The notes under the pieces are model-generated. The model saw only the letters and a list, made by a program, of their open reading frames with translations, searched no databases and was not told the DNA's origin. 64,000 nt of DNA. Source: Desulfomonilia bacterium (GTDB lineage Bacteria > Desulfobacterota > Desulfomonilia > UBA1062). Location: positions 426,296-490,295 of the forward strand of contig JBEKDT010000001.1 of NCBI GenBank assembly GCA_050014195.1, in the 5' to 3' direction. Positions 31,851 to 41,378 of this stretch are shown one piece after another; position 1 is the stretch's first letter, and each line of letters begins with the position of its first letter. The translations under genes were made by a program, and so were the position numbers.

Positions 31851-31988
31851 ATTCCTGCCGGAAGAGACTAGTCCTCCCACACAGGACAATCAGCATTCAC
31901 TCTTGAAAGATATGCGTATCATGAAATCATGTAACAAACTAATATTACATGCTGTCTCTTAATCTTCAACAATGGCATGGTAATTGAG
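31851..31988 (+). promoter_or_regulatory. Tandem enhancer motif (31851-31890), AT-rich spacer and sigma54 promoter TGGCATGGTAATTGAG (31973-31988)
   Basis: Third copy of the motif, same spacing to -24 as the 28979 copy. Confidence 0.78.
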
Positions 31989-32032
31989 TATCCTTGTACG
32001 AAGGCATCCCAGAGAGAAAGGTACTGAACGAT

Positions 32033-32356
32033 ATGGAAAATAAGATTTTGCTGTTGTCAGTAATTATGTTTTTCGGATTCTCGGTCCTTTCAGGGGCTAC
32101 ACCCATTGAATTTAAAAATCGGCATGTAATCCTTGGCTATACCCCCATAACCTTGAGACAGCCTTCGGCCCAAGTGGGTAAGGCCTTCTCTGTCGGGGTG
32201 CATAACATTAAAAACACACTCGCGTTTTCTATGAGTGAACTCAAGAATACTTCTGCTCCCGCCCCTCTACCCAAGCCCTCAACCCTTTTTCTTCTTGGTT
32301 GTGGAATTATTTTCTCCGTTGGTTTCAGCAAAAGATACAGGCAACACAAAGAATGA
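32033..32356 (+). CDS. Secreted protein with PEP-CTERM-like tail (PKP variant); start moved to MENKILL
   Basis: Signal peptide; C-terminus LPKPSTLFLLGCGIIFSVGFSKRYR (motif, TM helix, basic residues). Confidence 0.72.
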   Translation: MENKILLLSVIMFFGFSVLSGATPIEFKNRHVILGYTPITLRQPSAQVGKAFSVGVHNIKNTLAFSMSELKNTSAPAPLPKPSTLFLLGCGIIFSVGFSKRYRQHKE

Positions 32357-32464
32357 CTCACATTCTGTGTTAATGCGTCACTACAGCACTATGACTTAAG
32401 CGAAAAGATTAATACCCGGGCAATGATACATTGAATACTTGGAGAAATTCAGCAGGAGGTTATC

Positions 32465-32830
32465 ATGAATGCTACTCAGACCGAGACCAGATATTATATT
32501 TTCAAGTGTCGAGACCATGAATGCAATGAAACTATACCGGTAATATCTTTCATCTCTCAATATGCCTTTTCAGCAGGGAGTATCTATCTGAAAAGACAAG
32601 CCATTGAGAGAGACTATGACCTCATCACCGTCGATGTCATATGTCCGTTCTGCTGCGCAGCAAATCACTTCCAGATAATGGAAAATAAAAAGGAGTTAAG
32701 CAGGCAGGATTATGATGAAGCAAGCAAGGTCATGGAGGTAAAATTGGCGTTGAGACATGAGCTCAATAAGATACTTGCACATGATTACAAGGGTCAGCCA
32801 GATGTTGTCTCTACAATACCCTTAAGGTAA
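32465..32830 (+). CDS. Hypothetical protein with putative Zn ribbon
   Basis: AGGAGG RBS; CRDHEC and CPFC pairs. Confidence 0.75.
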   Translation: MNATQTETRYYIFKCRDHECNETIPVISFISQYAFSAGSIYLKRQAIERDYDLITVDVICPFCCAANHFQIMENKKELSRQDYDEASKVMEVKLALRHELNKILAHDYKGQPDVVSTIPLR

Positions 32831-32878
32831 CTGAGCCAACTAGCCATAAGAAACAAAGCTATAACCCCCATAACTCTT

Positions 32879-32914
32879 GAGGGAGGGTATCAAGATGACC
32901 CTCTCTCGTTTTTT
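32879..32914 (+). terminator. Intrinsic terminator
   Basis: GAGGGAGGGT stem, loop, ACCCTCTCTC stem followed by a T-run. Confidence 0.75.
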
Positions 32915-33475
32915 GTAATTTTGCTCATCATCACCCACTCATCTCATCTCATCTTCAGCATCATGATCACCCATTCTTCTCGAACACACTCCCTGTAAGA
33001 TAGCCAATTCCCAGGCTCGAAGCCTTTCCTCCAGATATAAAGAAGCCCTTGGGGTGTCACAAAAGATCGGACTTGTTCGGATAAGTTTTAAAGAATTTTG
33101 GGCTTTGACTGTGCCTTTTCACTGTGTTAGGGAGAGGCTATCATGAGTAGTGACGAGAGCAGCAGTAGTCATAGATTTTAATACCCTTGTCCCGGTATAG
33201 ATCGTCTGTCCATGGGCAAGGGAGAGATGATCGTGCCGGACATGTACCGTTTGCAATTTTCAGATAACCGGACGATCCTGTCAATAGATACGAGCAGGGT
33301 GCGGATGTATGCTGAGACATCACCGAGTCTCTTTTTGCGGGATGAAAGGATGGTTTTCAAACACCACGGCACATCCATGCCCTGTTCAGAGAAGTGATTT
33401 CCCCTGCTTGCAAGAAGCTAGCTTTATCGGACCTGTGTGCGAACATGTATGTGAAAGCGAAAAGAGGATTTCAGC

Positions 33476-34783
33476 ATGTATTGGCTGAGTAAATCTTTTC
33501 ATCGCATCGATCGCTTTAAAAAAAGGCTCTTCGTCTTTCTTGCGGTCCTCGGCCCGGGAATCATCGTGATGATCGCCGACAACGATGCAGGCGGTATTTC
33601 CACCTATGCGGTTACCGGCTCAAAATACGGGTTCAATCTTCTCTGGATGTTTGTCATCCTCCTGCCCATGGCCTATTATGTACAGGAAATGACCGTCCGT
33701 CTTGGCGCTGTGACAAAACGCGGCCACGCAGAGGCTATCTTTGACGGCTTCGGGCCTTTCTGGGGCTGGTTCTCCATTGTGGACCTGATCATTACCAACT
33801 GGCTCACCCTGGTCACGGAATATGTGGGAATGACGGCTGGCATGAGTCTCTTGGGCGTTCCTCCTTGGTTGACAATCATTGTCGTAACAGCAATCTTGTT
33901 CAGCATTGTTCTATCAGGGCAATACTGGACCTTTGAAAAGATCACCCTTTTCTTTTGCTGCTTTAATTTCGTATACATTCCGGCTGCTATCTGGGCTATG
34001 GATATGCCCTCGGCACCGGCATGGAACCACGTCTTTCAAGGATTCTACAATCCGAAGATGGGCGGTTTCACCATGGATCTCATCTTCATTCTTCTCGCCA
34101 ACATCGGCACTACGATTGCCCCATGGATGCTCTTCTTCCAACAGAGTGCCGTTGTGGACAAGGGTCTTGACATACACGACGTGACCTACGGGAAAATCGA
34201 GACATTTGTCGGTTCTTTTTTCACCTGCCTCGTTGCCGTCTTTATTATTATCGCAACAGGTGCAGCCTTTTTCTATCACCATCCACCGATCACGATTGAA
34301 GACGCCAAGCAGACCGCCGAGGCTATAGTGCCTCTTCTGCCTTTTGGTTATGGAGAACTCGCCAGGAAGCTCTTCGCCATCGGTCTCTTTGATGCCGGAT
34401 TCCTTGGTGCACTCTGTATCTCTCTGGCCAGTTCTTGGGCCGTAGGAGAGGTTTTTGGCTGGGCACACTCCTTAAATCAAAAAGTCAAGGACGCCCCGTG
34501 GTTTTACATCGTTTACCTCGTGATGCTGATCACTTCAGGTGCCGTGGTCTTAATACCAGGAGCTCCTCTTATTACTATCACCATGTTTGTCCAGGTGGTG
34601 GCGGTCACCCTTCTACCGGCCGCCCTGGTATTTCTCCTGCTCCTCCTGAATGATAAACCCCTTATGGGCGAGCACGTTAATACGCGCTCACAGAACATCA
34701 TGAATTGGATGATTGTCCTCTTTGTCGTTATTATGTCCTCGCTGCTGGGAATAGGTACCCTGTTCCCGGGGTTATTCACATGA
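33476..34783 (+). CDS. Nramp-related divalent cation transporter (MgtE-associated type)
   Basis: GPGII..DNDAGGISTY, VQEMTVRLG, IGTTIAPW..FFQQS; many TM helices. Confidence 0.9.
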   Translation: MYWLSKSFHRIDRFKKRLFVFLAVLGPGIIVMIADNDAGGISTYAVTGSKYGFNLLWMFVILLPMAYYVQEMTVRLGAVTKRGHAEAIFDGFGPFWGWFSIVDLIITNWLTLVTEYVGMTAGMSLLGVPPWLTIIVVTAILFSIVLSGQYWTFEKITLFFCCFNFVYIPAAIWAMDMPSAPAWNHVFQGFYNPKMGGFTMDLIFILLANIGTTIAPWMLFFQQSAVVDKGLDIHDVTYGKIETFVGSFFTCLVAVFIIIATGAAFFYHHPPITIEDAKQTAEAIVPLLPFGYGELARKLFAIGLFDAGFLGALCISLASSWAVGEVFGWAHSLNQKVKDAPWFYIVYLVMLITSGAVVLIPGAPLITITMFVQVVAVTLLPAALVFLLLLLNDKPLMGEHVNTRSQNIMNWMIVLFVVIMSSLLGIGTLFPGLFT

Positions 34784-34802
34784 GTACCAGGGAGGTAACA
34801 GC

Positions 34803-36089
34803 ATGATCGCGGATAAAAATTTTAAAATGAAGACAAACGATCAGCACCCCGGTTTTGAACAGTTTCGATTTCTCTTCTTCTCCGAGCTGCTCAAACTGCC
34901 TGTGTGCAGGGAAAAGATCAAGAACCGCATCGGAAAACTGAGCGACCTTGTCTTTCTCCATAAAGAGCCGTATCCGGAAGCGGTAGGCATCTATATAGAG
35001 CACGGCTGGGGAAAACCCACCGAGTTCATTCCCTGGTCAAAGGTGATCAAGATTGAGGATGATGCAATCTTTGTCAGGCCGCCGGACAGCGGGGACGTGT
35101 ATCCGCCCTTTGTCGATCAGCCGGGCTGGATCCTCATGGACAAGCATCTCATGGGTAAGACTGTCCTCGATATAGACGGCAGGCAGGTTGAGGTGGTCAA
35201 TGATGTCCATTTCATCGAGACACGGGGTCTTTTGCTCCTGGTCCATGTGGATATCTCATTTGGCGGCTTCTTTCGCAGATGGGGCCTGGGTAAGTTCGAA
35301 CTGGTCAACAGCAACCTCATCTCCTGGAAATATATCCAGCCGCTTTCTGTCGAGGATGCGGTTTCCACCGACAAGGTGACCCTCTCCGTAACCAAGAACC
35401 AGATGCTGGAGCTCCCCAGCGAGGATCTGGCCGATTTCCTGGAAGAGCTGCCCAATGAGGAGCAGCAGGTTCTTTTCTCGGCCCTTGATACGGAAAAGGC
35501 CGCCGAGACCCTCATGGAGGCTGAGCCCAGGGCTCAGCGCCAGATCATCGCCAATCTGCGGGAGGAAAAGGCCCGCAAGATCCTTTCGGAGATGTCGACC
35601 CCGCAGCTGGCAGGCCTGTTCACGGTCCTGCCGCACGACGATGTCACCGAGCTCATGGCTTTCCTGAGCAAGGAGCAGGCCGAGCGAGTCCGCAATATCC
35701 TTTCCCAGCGTGAAATTCAGGCGAGAAATATCATGTCTTCCGATTATGTCGTTGCACAAAAATCAGACAAGGCCGGTGATGTCCTCACCGCGATCAGGGG
35801 TTCCGGCAGAGATCCCAAGAGCATCTCATACATCTATGTGGTCAATGGTGACGGCAAGACCCTGCTCGGGGTGGTTGATCTCCGTGACCTGGTTCTCGCA
35901 CAGGAGCATCTGACCATGAGCGATGTCATGGTCTCGCCGGTGGTTTCAGCAGAAGAGGATGATGTACAGGATGATCTGGTGGAAATGTTTGTGAAGTATC
36001 AATACCACATGATCCCTGTTGTAGACAGGAATGACCGGATCCTTGGGGTGCTCTATCACAATGACATTGATAATCTCATATCACAATAA
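34803..36089 (+). CDS. Soluble MgtE N-domain/CBS-pair protein with N-terminal PRC-like region
   Basis: DLADFLEEL, AAETLME, YIYVVN..LLGVVDLRDL, IPVVD; no TM region. Confidence 0.88.
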   Translation: MIADKNFKMKTNDQHPGFEQFRFLFFSELLKLPVCREKIKNRIGKLSDLVFLHKEPYPEAVGIYIEHGWGKPTEFIPWSKVIKIEDDAIFVRPPDSGDVYPPFVDQPGWILMDKHLMGKTVLDIDGRQVEVVNDVHFIETRGLLLLVHVDISFGGFFRRWGLGKFELVNSNLISWKYIQPLSVEDAVSTDKVTLSVTKNQMLELPSEDLADFLEELPNEEQQVLFSALDTEKAAETLMEAEPRAQRQIIANLREEKARKILSEMSTPQLAGLFTVLPHDDVTELMAFLSKEQAERVRNILSQREIQARNIMSSDYVVAQKSDKAGDVLTAIRGSGRDPKSISYIYVVNGDGKTLLGVVDLRDLVLAQEHLTMSDVMVSPVVSAEEDDVQDDLVEMFVKYQYHMIPVVDRNDRILGVLYHNDIDNLISQ

Positions 36090-36137
36090 CAGTTTCTCAA
36101 GGGGTAAAGGCATGCAAACAGTTATGGAGAGACGATT

Positions 36138-36251
36138 ATGCCGCGCGTGAAGATAACAAAGATGAGCAGGATTGCTTTGTATTTCTTACGATTCTACCTA
36201 ATCTTTCTGATTGGTCTTTTGCTGGTCAAGTTCCTGAAAGTGGTTCACTGA
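36138..36251 (+). CDS. 37-aa single-TM micro-protein (below ORF track cutoff)
   Basis: GGAG RBS; MPRVKITKMSRIALYFLRFYLIFLIGLLLVKFLKVVH. Confidence 0.7.
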   Translation: MPRVKITKMSRIALYFLRFYLIFLIGLLLVKFLKVVH

Positions 36252-36309
36252 TAATTGGTATAAGGCACTCGAATAGTACCTTCTCCTCAGGTATTACCAT
36301 GAACATCCT

Positions 36310-36446
36310 TGTCCGGATTTTCACAACCTTCCACGGATTTGGTTACGAAAAATGATTCCCCATGTACAAATCTGTAGGCGGAACCTCTGATGGTGATATG
36401 TAACTGGCTGATAAAATAGACTGATAAAAAATGGCTCATATTTTGC
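36310..36446 (+). promoter_or_regulatory. TGT-N10-ACA box (36310-36325) and sigma54 promoter TGGCTCATATTTTGC (36432-36446)
   Basis: GG-N10-GC spacing intact; upstream palindromic box at enhancer distance. Confidence 0.6.
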
Positions 36447-36532
36447 GTCCATCAAATCAGTACAATGGAACTACTGGAAACAATCGTATGAGGCCAAGCT
36501 TAAAAACCCTATCGGATAAGGGGGATATCATC

Positions 36533-37885
36533 ATGAAAAATGAAAAATTATTCTATGAGAAGAGAGAAAAGTCGGCAGGCGCAAGATACACGATCGGTAA
36601 ATTTGATAAGGTACCGGAATCCTGTAAGCTTAAGAAGTGTCGATGGATTAAATGGTGCGCTACCCCTGCCGAAAACCTGATTTATGCCACAGCCGCCGAT
36701 TTCACAGATCATAAGCCTGCCGATGCGGCGCAAAAAGAGAGGCTTGAGAATAAATTTATCCAGACCCGGGAAATTGAGTCTATCGAAAAAGGTGGTATTG
36801 CCCATGATTTCAATAACATCCTCACAGCCATTATGGGGTATACAGAGCTTGCAATAGATAATGCCTCAGAACCGGATAAGGTAAAGCAGAATCTGAAGAA
36901 GGCACTCATGGCGAGCACCCGGGCAAGAGACCTTGTGAGCCAGATCATAACCTTCAGCCGTCAGGCCGATAAAAAGTTCACCCCTATAAAGTTTAACTTT
37001 GCCATAATAGAATCACTCTGGATGTTACGTCCAATGATACCCTCGAACATCAAGATCAGACAGAATCTTAAGGTCCCTGCTATGGTCATGGCTGATCCCA
37101 CCCAGATTCACCAGGTCATGATGAACCTCTGTTCCAATGCGGTCCATGCCATGGTCGAGGATGGGGGTGAGTTGGATGTAAGGTTGGAAAAATCGATTAT
37201 TTATGGTGATACGAATGCCCATGATCCGGATCTGCCCGCAGGGTCCTATGTAAAGCTTACCATCAGTGATACCGGGCAGGGCATGCCCCCCGAGGTCATG
37301 AAACGGATCTTTGATCCTTATTTCACCACAAAAGAAAAAGAATTAGGACGCGGCAGAGGCCTGGGTTTATCGGTCGTTCATGGGATCGTGAAAAGTCATG
37401 GAGGCGCGATCACCTGTATGAGCACACCAGGAGAAGGGACTTCCTTTGTCATATATCTCCCTGAGATTGAATCCGGGAAAGAGACCATCGGAACCATCGA
37501 GGAAACGTCTCTCCCCACGGGAACCGAGCGGATTCTTTTTATAGATGATGAGCAGGTTATTGTGAATCTGGCAGAAGAGATGCTGAGTAAGCTGGGATAT
37601 GATGTCGTTGCCAAAACAAGCAGCGTCGAGGCCCTTGCGTTATTTCAAGAAAACCCTGACAAATTTGACCTGATCATTACCGATATGTCCATGCCGGCCA
37701 TGACAGGAGATAGTCTGGCTCAAAATATCCTTGGTCTGCGCAGCGATATCCCCATCATCCTGTGCACCGGATATAGTAAAGATATCACTGAGGAGAAGGC
37801 AAAGAGTATCGGCATTCGAGAGTTTATCATGAAGCCGGTAGAAATGAGGGTGATGGCTGAAACCATCCGGAAGGTGCTTGATTAA
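36533..37885 (+). CDS. Cytoplasmic hybrid histidine kinase/receiver protein (start moved downstream of promoter)
   Basis: H-box GGIAHDFNNIL, N-box QVMMNLCSNA, DTGQG, FTTK, GLGL; C-terminal REC domain. Confidence 0.9.
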   Translation: MKNEKLFYEKREKSAGARYTIGKFDKVPESCKLKKCRWIKWCATPAENLIYATAADFTDHKPADAAQKERLENKFIQTREIESIEKGGIAHDFNNILTAIMGYTELAIDNASEPDKVKQNLKKALMASTRARDLVSQIITFSRQADKKFTPIKFNFAIIESLWMLRPMIPSNIKIRQNLKVPAMVMADPTQIHQVMMNLCSNAVHAMVEDGGELDVRLEKSIIYGDTNAHDPDLPAGSYVKLTISDTGQGMPPEVMKRIFDPYFTTKEKELGRGRGLGLSVVHGIVKSHGGAITCMSTPGEGTSFVIYLPEIESGKETIGTIEETSLPTGTERILFIDDEQVIVNLAEEMLSKLGYDVVAKTSSVEALALFQENPDKFDLIITDMSMPAMTGDSLAQNILGLRSDIPIILCTGYSKDITEEKAKSIGIREFIMKPVEMRVMAETIRKVLD

Positions 37886-37944
37886 AACCAACTTCATGTA
37901 TCAATACGTTTAAAAATTCAGCACCATTATAATAGTTCTCTTTC

Positions 37945-40167
37945 CTATTGACCTTGGCGGGCTGATCCGACAAGACGCTGGGTAAACCTGGTGAAGCGTG
38001 TTTTGCTCCGGCTGTTCTCCACGCTGAGCTTGACCGCCCGGGCAGAGCCAATAGTCAAAACCAGTCGCTTGCCTCTTGTCACTGCGGTATAGAGCAGGTT
38101 TCTTGCCAGCATGACATAGTGCTGCGTGTGGACAGGCAGGATCACCGAAGTATATTCAGACCCTTGAGCCTTATGGATGGTCGTTGCATAGGCGATAACC
38201 AGATCATCCGCTTCGGAGGAACTGTATAAAACGACACGATCGTCATACCCGACCTGGAATGAGCCGTCCTTCTCGTTGATGTCCATCAGATACCCGATAT
38301 CACCATTAAAGACCTCCAGCTCATAATTATTGCGGGTCTGCATAACCTTGTCACCAACCCGGAATTCAGTATTGCCCCTCCTGTAAGGCCTGCCGTCCGG
38401 ATTGAGGGCCTGCTGCAAATGCTTATTTAAGTTTTCAACCCCCAGGATGCCTTTATGCATGGGGCTCAACACCTGTACGTCCCACAAGGGATCCAGACCG
38501 TATTTTTGAGGCAGCTCCTCCCTCACCTGGCGGATGATCTCGGCCAGGATCTTTTCAGGGTCTTCCTCTGAAATGAAGCGATATTCTCCGTTGCCGTCTT
38601 GGCTAACCTCCGGCATCTTGCCCTGATTGATGCGGTGGCTGTTGACGATGATCCGGCTCTCCAGACCCTGCCTGAAGATCGTGTCAAGCCTCACCACAGG
38701 GATGATCCCGGATGCGATGATGTCCCTCAGGCAGTTGCCCGGGCCTACTGATGGGAGCTGATCGACATCGCCCACACATACAAGGGTGGTCCCGGGGGTA
38801 ATTGCGCCGAGAAGATGGTGGAGGAGTAAGATATCCACCATGGAAAACTCATCCACAATAATAAGATCTGCCTCCAGGGGGGTTTCAGCATTGCGCTGGA
38901 AAACACCTTGGATAGGATTGAACTCGAGCAGCCTGTGGATCGTGCATGCCTCCTTGCCGGTAGCCTCGGTCATGCGCTTGGCAGCACGACCCGTCGGGGC
39001 ACACAGGAGGATCTGTGCATCCACCTCCTCAAACATGTGGATAATGGCGGTGATCGTATATGTCTTCCCCGTGCCGGGCCCACCCGTGAGGACCATGCAC
39101 GTGTTCTTTGCCGCACACCTTACCGCTTCTCTCTGCAGTTCGGACAGGTTGATGTTATAGCTGTCTTCCATCCATCTGGTCGCCCCATTCGGGTCTATAT
39201 CGGAAGTGCTTTTATCGGCCTCGTTCATCCTCGACAGGTTCGCAGCCGCATGCTTCTCTGCCTGGTGAAGTGAAGCAAGGTATATTGCGTCTTCGGAATC
39301 CGTCTTGCCCTGGACCTTCTCTGTGTACACGTAGTTCATCGACTCGAGTTCTGTGATATTCTCCGAGATCAGCCTCCTGTCGACCCCAAGGAGTCTCGAC
39401 GCCTCCTGCAGCAGGAGACGGCGGGGAAAATAGGTATGGCCCTGTGTTGCGGCAAGCTCGAGTACATAGATGATGCCTCCGCAGATTCTCTCAGGGGCAT
39501 CCCTGGCAATGCCTGTCTTCTCGGCGATCCGGTCGGCGGTCATAAAGCCCACGCCCGGGATATCGACGGCGAGACGGTACGGGTTGTTTCTGATCACGTC
39601 AATCGTATTGTTCCGGTACTTCTTGAAGACCTTGGCAGCGAGGCCGGCCGTAATGCCCTGGCTGTAGAGGAAGACAAACGTATCGCGCAGGTTCGTATGG
39701 TCCTTCCAAGCCCTGAGGATGGCCTCGGCGCGCTTTCTGCCTATGCCGCTTACCTCCCTGAGGCGATACGGCTCCAGGTCGATGATCGTAAATGTGTCCA
39801 TGCCGAAGGCGTCAACGATGCGCTTTGCGAGCTCCGGGCCTATCTCGTCGATCTCGGAGGTAAGATAAGCCTTTATGCCCTCCACGGTCACCGGGGGCTT
39901 GGCCTCGAACTCTACAGCCTTAAATTGCAGGCCGTACTTCGGGTGCTCCACCCAGGATCCCTTGAACTGGTAAAGGTCCCCGATGCGAGGAGAGGGAAGG
40001 AAGGCCACGACGTTTACTTTTGAATCATCATGCCCCTGGAGCCTGACCCGTGCGATGGTGTAGCCCGTATCAGAGCGGTGAAAGCGCACCTGCTCGATCT
40101 CCCCTGACAGGACCACAGGAGTATTCGCTGCGCCGTTCTTCTGTGAGGGTTTCTCAGCACCGCTCAT
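37945..40167 (-). CDS. recD2: RecD2-like SF1B helicase
   Basis: HPKYGLQF, HhH GIGRK, NPYRL, GGPGTGKT, APTGRAAKR, VDEFSM, TIHKAQGSE, LLYTAVTR. Confidence 0.95.
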   Translation of the reverse strand: MSGAEKPSQKNGAANTPVVLSGEIEQVRFHRSDTGYTIARVRLQGHDDSKVNVVAFLPSPRIGDLYQFKGSWVEHPKYGLQFKAVEFEAKPPVTVEGIKAYLTSEIDEIGPELAKRIVDAFGMDTFTIIDLEPYRLREVSGIGRKRAEAILRAWKDHTNLRDTFVFLYSQGITAGLAAKVFKKYRNNTIDVIRNNPYRLAVDIPGVGFMTADRIAEKTGIARDAPERICGGIIYVLELAATQGHTYFPRRLLLQEASRLLGVDRRLISENITELESMNYVYTEKVQGKTDSEDAIYLASLHQAEKHAAANLSRMNEADKSTSDIDPNGATRWMEDSYNINLSELQREAVRCAAKNTCMVLTGGPGTGKTYTITAIIHMFEEVDAQILLCAPTGRAAKRMTEATGKEACTIHRLLEFNPIQGVFQRNAETPLEADLIIVDEFSMVDILLLHHLLGAITPGTTLVCVGDVDQLPSVGPGNCLRDIIASGIIPVVRLDTIFRQGLESRIIVNSHRINQGKMPEVSQDGNGEYRFISEEDPEKILAEIIRQVREELPQKYGLDPLWDVQVLSPMHKGILGVENLNKHLQQALNPDGRPYRRGNTEFRVGDKVMQTRNNYELEVFNGDIGYLMDINEKDGSFQVGYDDRVVLYSSSEADDLVIAYATTIHKAQGSEYTSVILPVHTQHYVMLARNLLYTAVTRGKRLVLTIGSARAVKLSVENSRSKTRFTRFTQRLVGSARQGQ

Positions 40168-40243
40168 GTCCCGGACTATTCCATCTCCTTGAGAGATTAT
40201 ACATCATGATGTTCCGGCAGGAACTACGAAAATCAATCTTTCC

Positions 40244-40268
40244 GTCATACCCGCAGAGGCGGGAATCC
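40244..40268. repeat. Isolated REP-like palindrome GTCATACCCGCAGAGGCGGGAATCC
   Basis: Same unit as inside the MITE copies (GTCGTTCCCGCGGAAGCGGGAATCC). Confidence 0.7.
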
Positions 40269-40450
40269 GGAGAAATAGCATGCAGGGTAAGTGGAGCACA
40301 GCCCGCCAGGTCCTCTTAGTATAATCCTCATAAATGACTCCACCCACCTTGCGCAAAGCACCCGTGTTGCATTATGTCATAATCGGCTTTATATGATCTG
40401 AAGGAATTGGAATGAAGTGTTTTCTTAAAAGCGCGCAGGGGTGATGCCAC

Positions 40451-41332
40451 TTGAAATCCGGAGAAGCCAGCCGAACTGCCGAGTTTAATGCGCTGTTCCG
40501 TGCTATCGAATCATCACGCCGCCCTCGGAGCAAGCGGCTTTTTGAGGACCCTCTTGCCCCCGGCTTCCTCGATAGATTGAAGTGCGCCTATTTTATATCA
40601 CGATTGCCGTTGGTCGGCCGGCTCATACCCTTATTTATCGACTGGAACTGGACCGGGGTCAGGGCCTCGGCCATCGGCCGGACATGCTGGATAGATGAGC
40701 AGCTTCGCGTTGCGCTCGAGGGCGGCATTAGACAGGTCGTAATACTCGGAGCCGGTTACGATTGCCGCGCCTACAGGCTCTCAGGCATCGAACGGACCCG
40801 GGTGTTTGAGCTCGACCATCCAAGTACCCTGGCTGTGAAAGTAAAGCGCCTGAAATATCTCTTGGGCGCTATCCCAAAGCATGTGAGCTTCGTGGAAGTG
40901 GATTTCGACCGGCAGGACTTTGCTTTACTGCTTGAAACTTCGGGATTCGATCGCTTCGTTCCCACATTCTTTCTCTGGGAAGGGGTCATGCACTATCTTA
41001 AAGCCGAGGCCGTCGACATGACTATACGCTCGATCGCGTCCTTGTCCGCACCCGGGAGCCGCCTCGTCTTCACCTACATCCACAGCGGCCTGCTCGACGG
41101 CTCGGTCCGCTTCGGAGACATGGGCCGTGTACCTGCCACACTGCGGAAGACCGGCGAGACGTGGACATTCGGACTTCGTCCGGAGGAACTCCCGGGTTAT
41201 CTTGACGGGCGTGGGTTCTCGCTTGTTACAGACATCGGCTCCACCGAGTACCGGGTACGTTACATGGGGGAGAAAGGCCGCCACCTGAAGGGCTTTGAGT
41301 TCTACCGGGCAGCGCTGGCCGAGGTGAAATGA
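40451..41332 (+). CDS. SAM-dependent methyltransferase (LCM/YktD family)
   Basis: LFEDPLA, QVVILGAGYDCRAYR, FELDHP, WEGVMHYL. Confidence 0.92.
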   Translation: MKSGEASRTAEFNALFRAIESSRRPRSKRLFEDPLAPGFLDRLKCAYFISRLPLVGRLIPLFIDWNWTGVRASAIGRTCWIDEQLRVALEGGIRQVVILGAGYDCRAYRLSGIERTRVFELDHPSTLAVKVKRLKYLLGAIPKHVSFVEVDFDRQDFALLLETSGFDRFVPTFFLWEGVMHYLKAEAVDMTIRSIASLSAPGSRLVFTYIHSGLLDGSVRFGDMGRVPATLRKTGETWTFGLRPEELPGYLDGRGFSLVTDIGSTEYRVRYMGEKGRHLKGFEFYRAALAEVK

Positions 41333-41378
41333 GGATAATTGGTTAGCTTGGTCCGACCCTGAACCTGACAATAATTTT

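Noticed and set aside
33120-33475. M-box (ykoK) riboswitch or 61-aa ORF upstream of the Nramp gene
   Set aside because: Only a short GTTAGGGAGAGGCT resemblance; the rest of the aptamer is not visible and the ORF has no support
36431-36532. Listed N-terminal extension of the kinase ORF
   Set aside because: Its ATG lies inside the sigma54 -24/-12 element; a better RBS precedes ATG 36533
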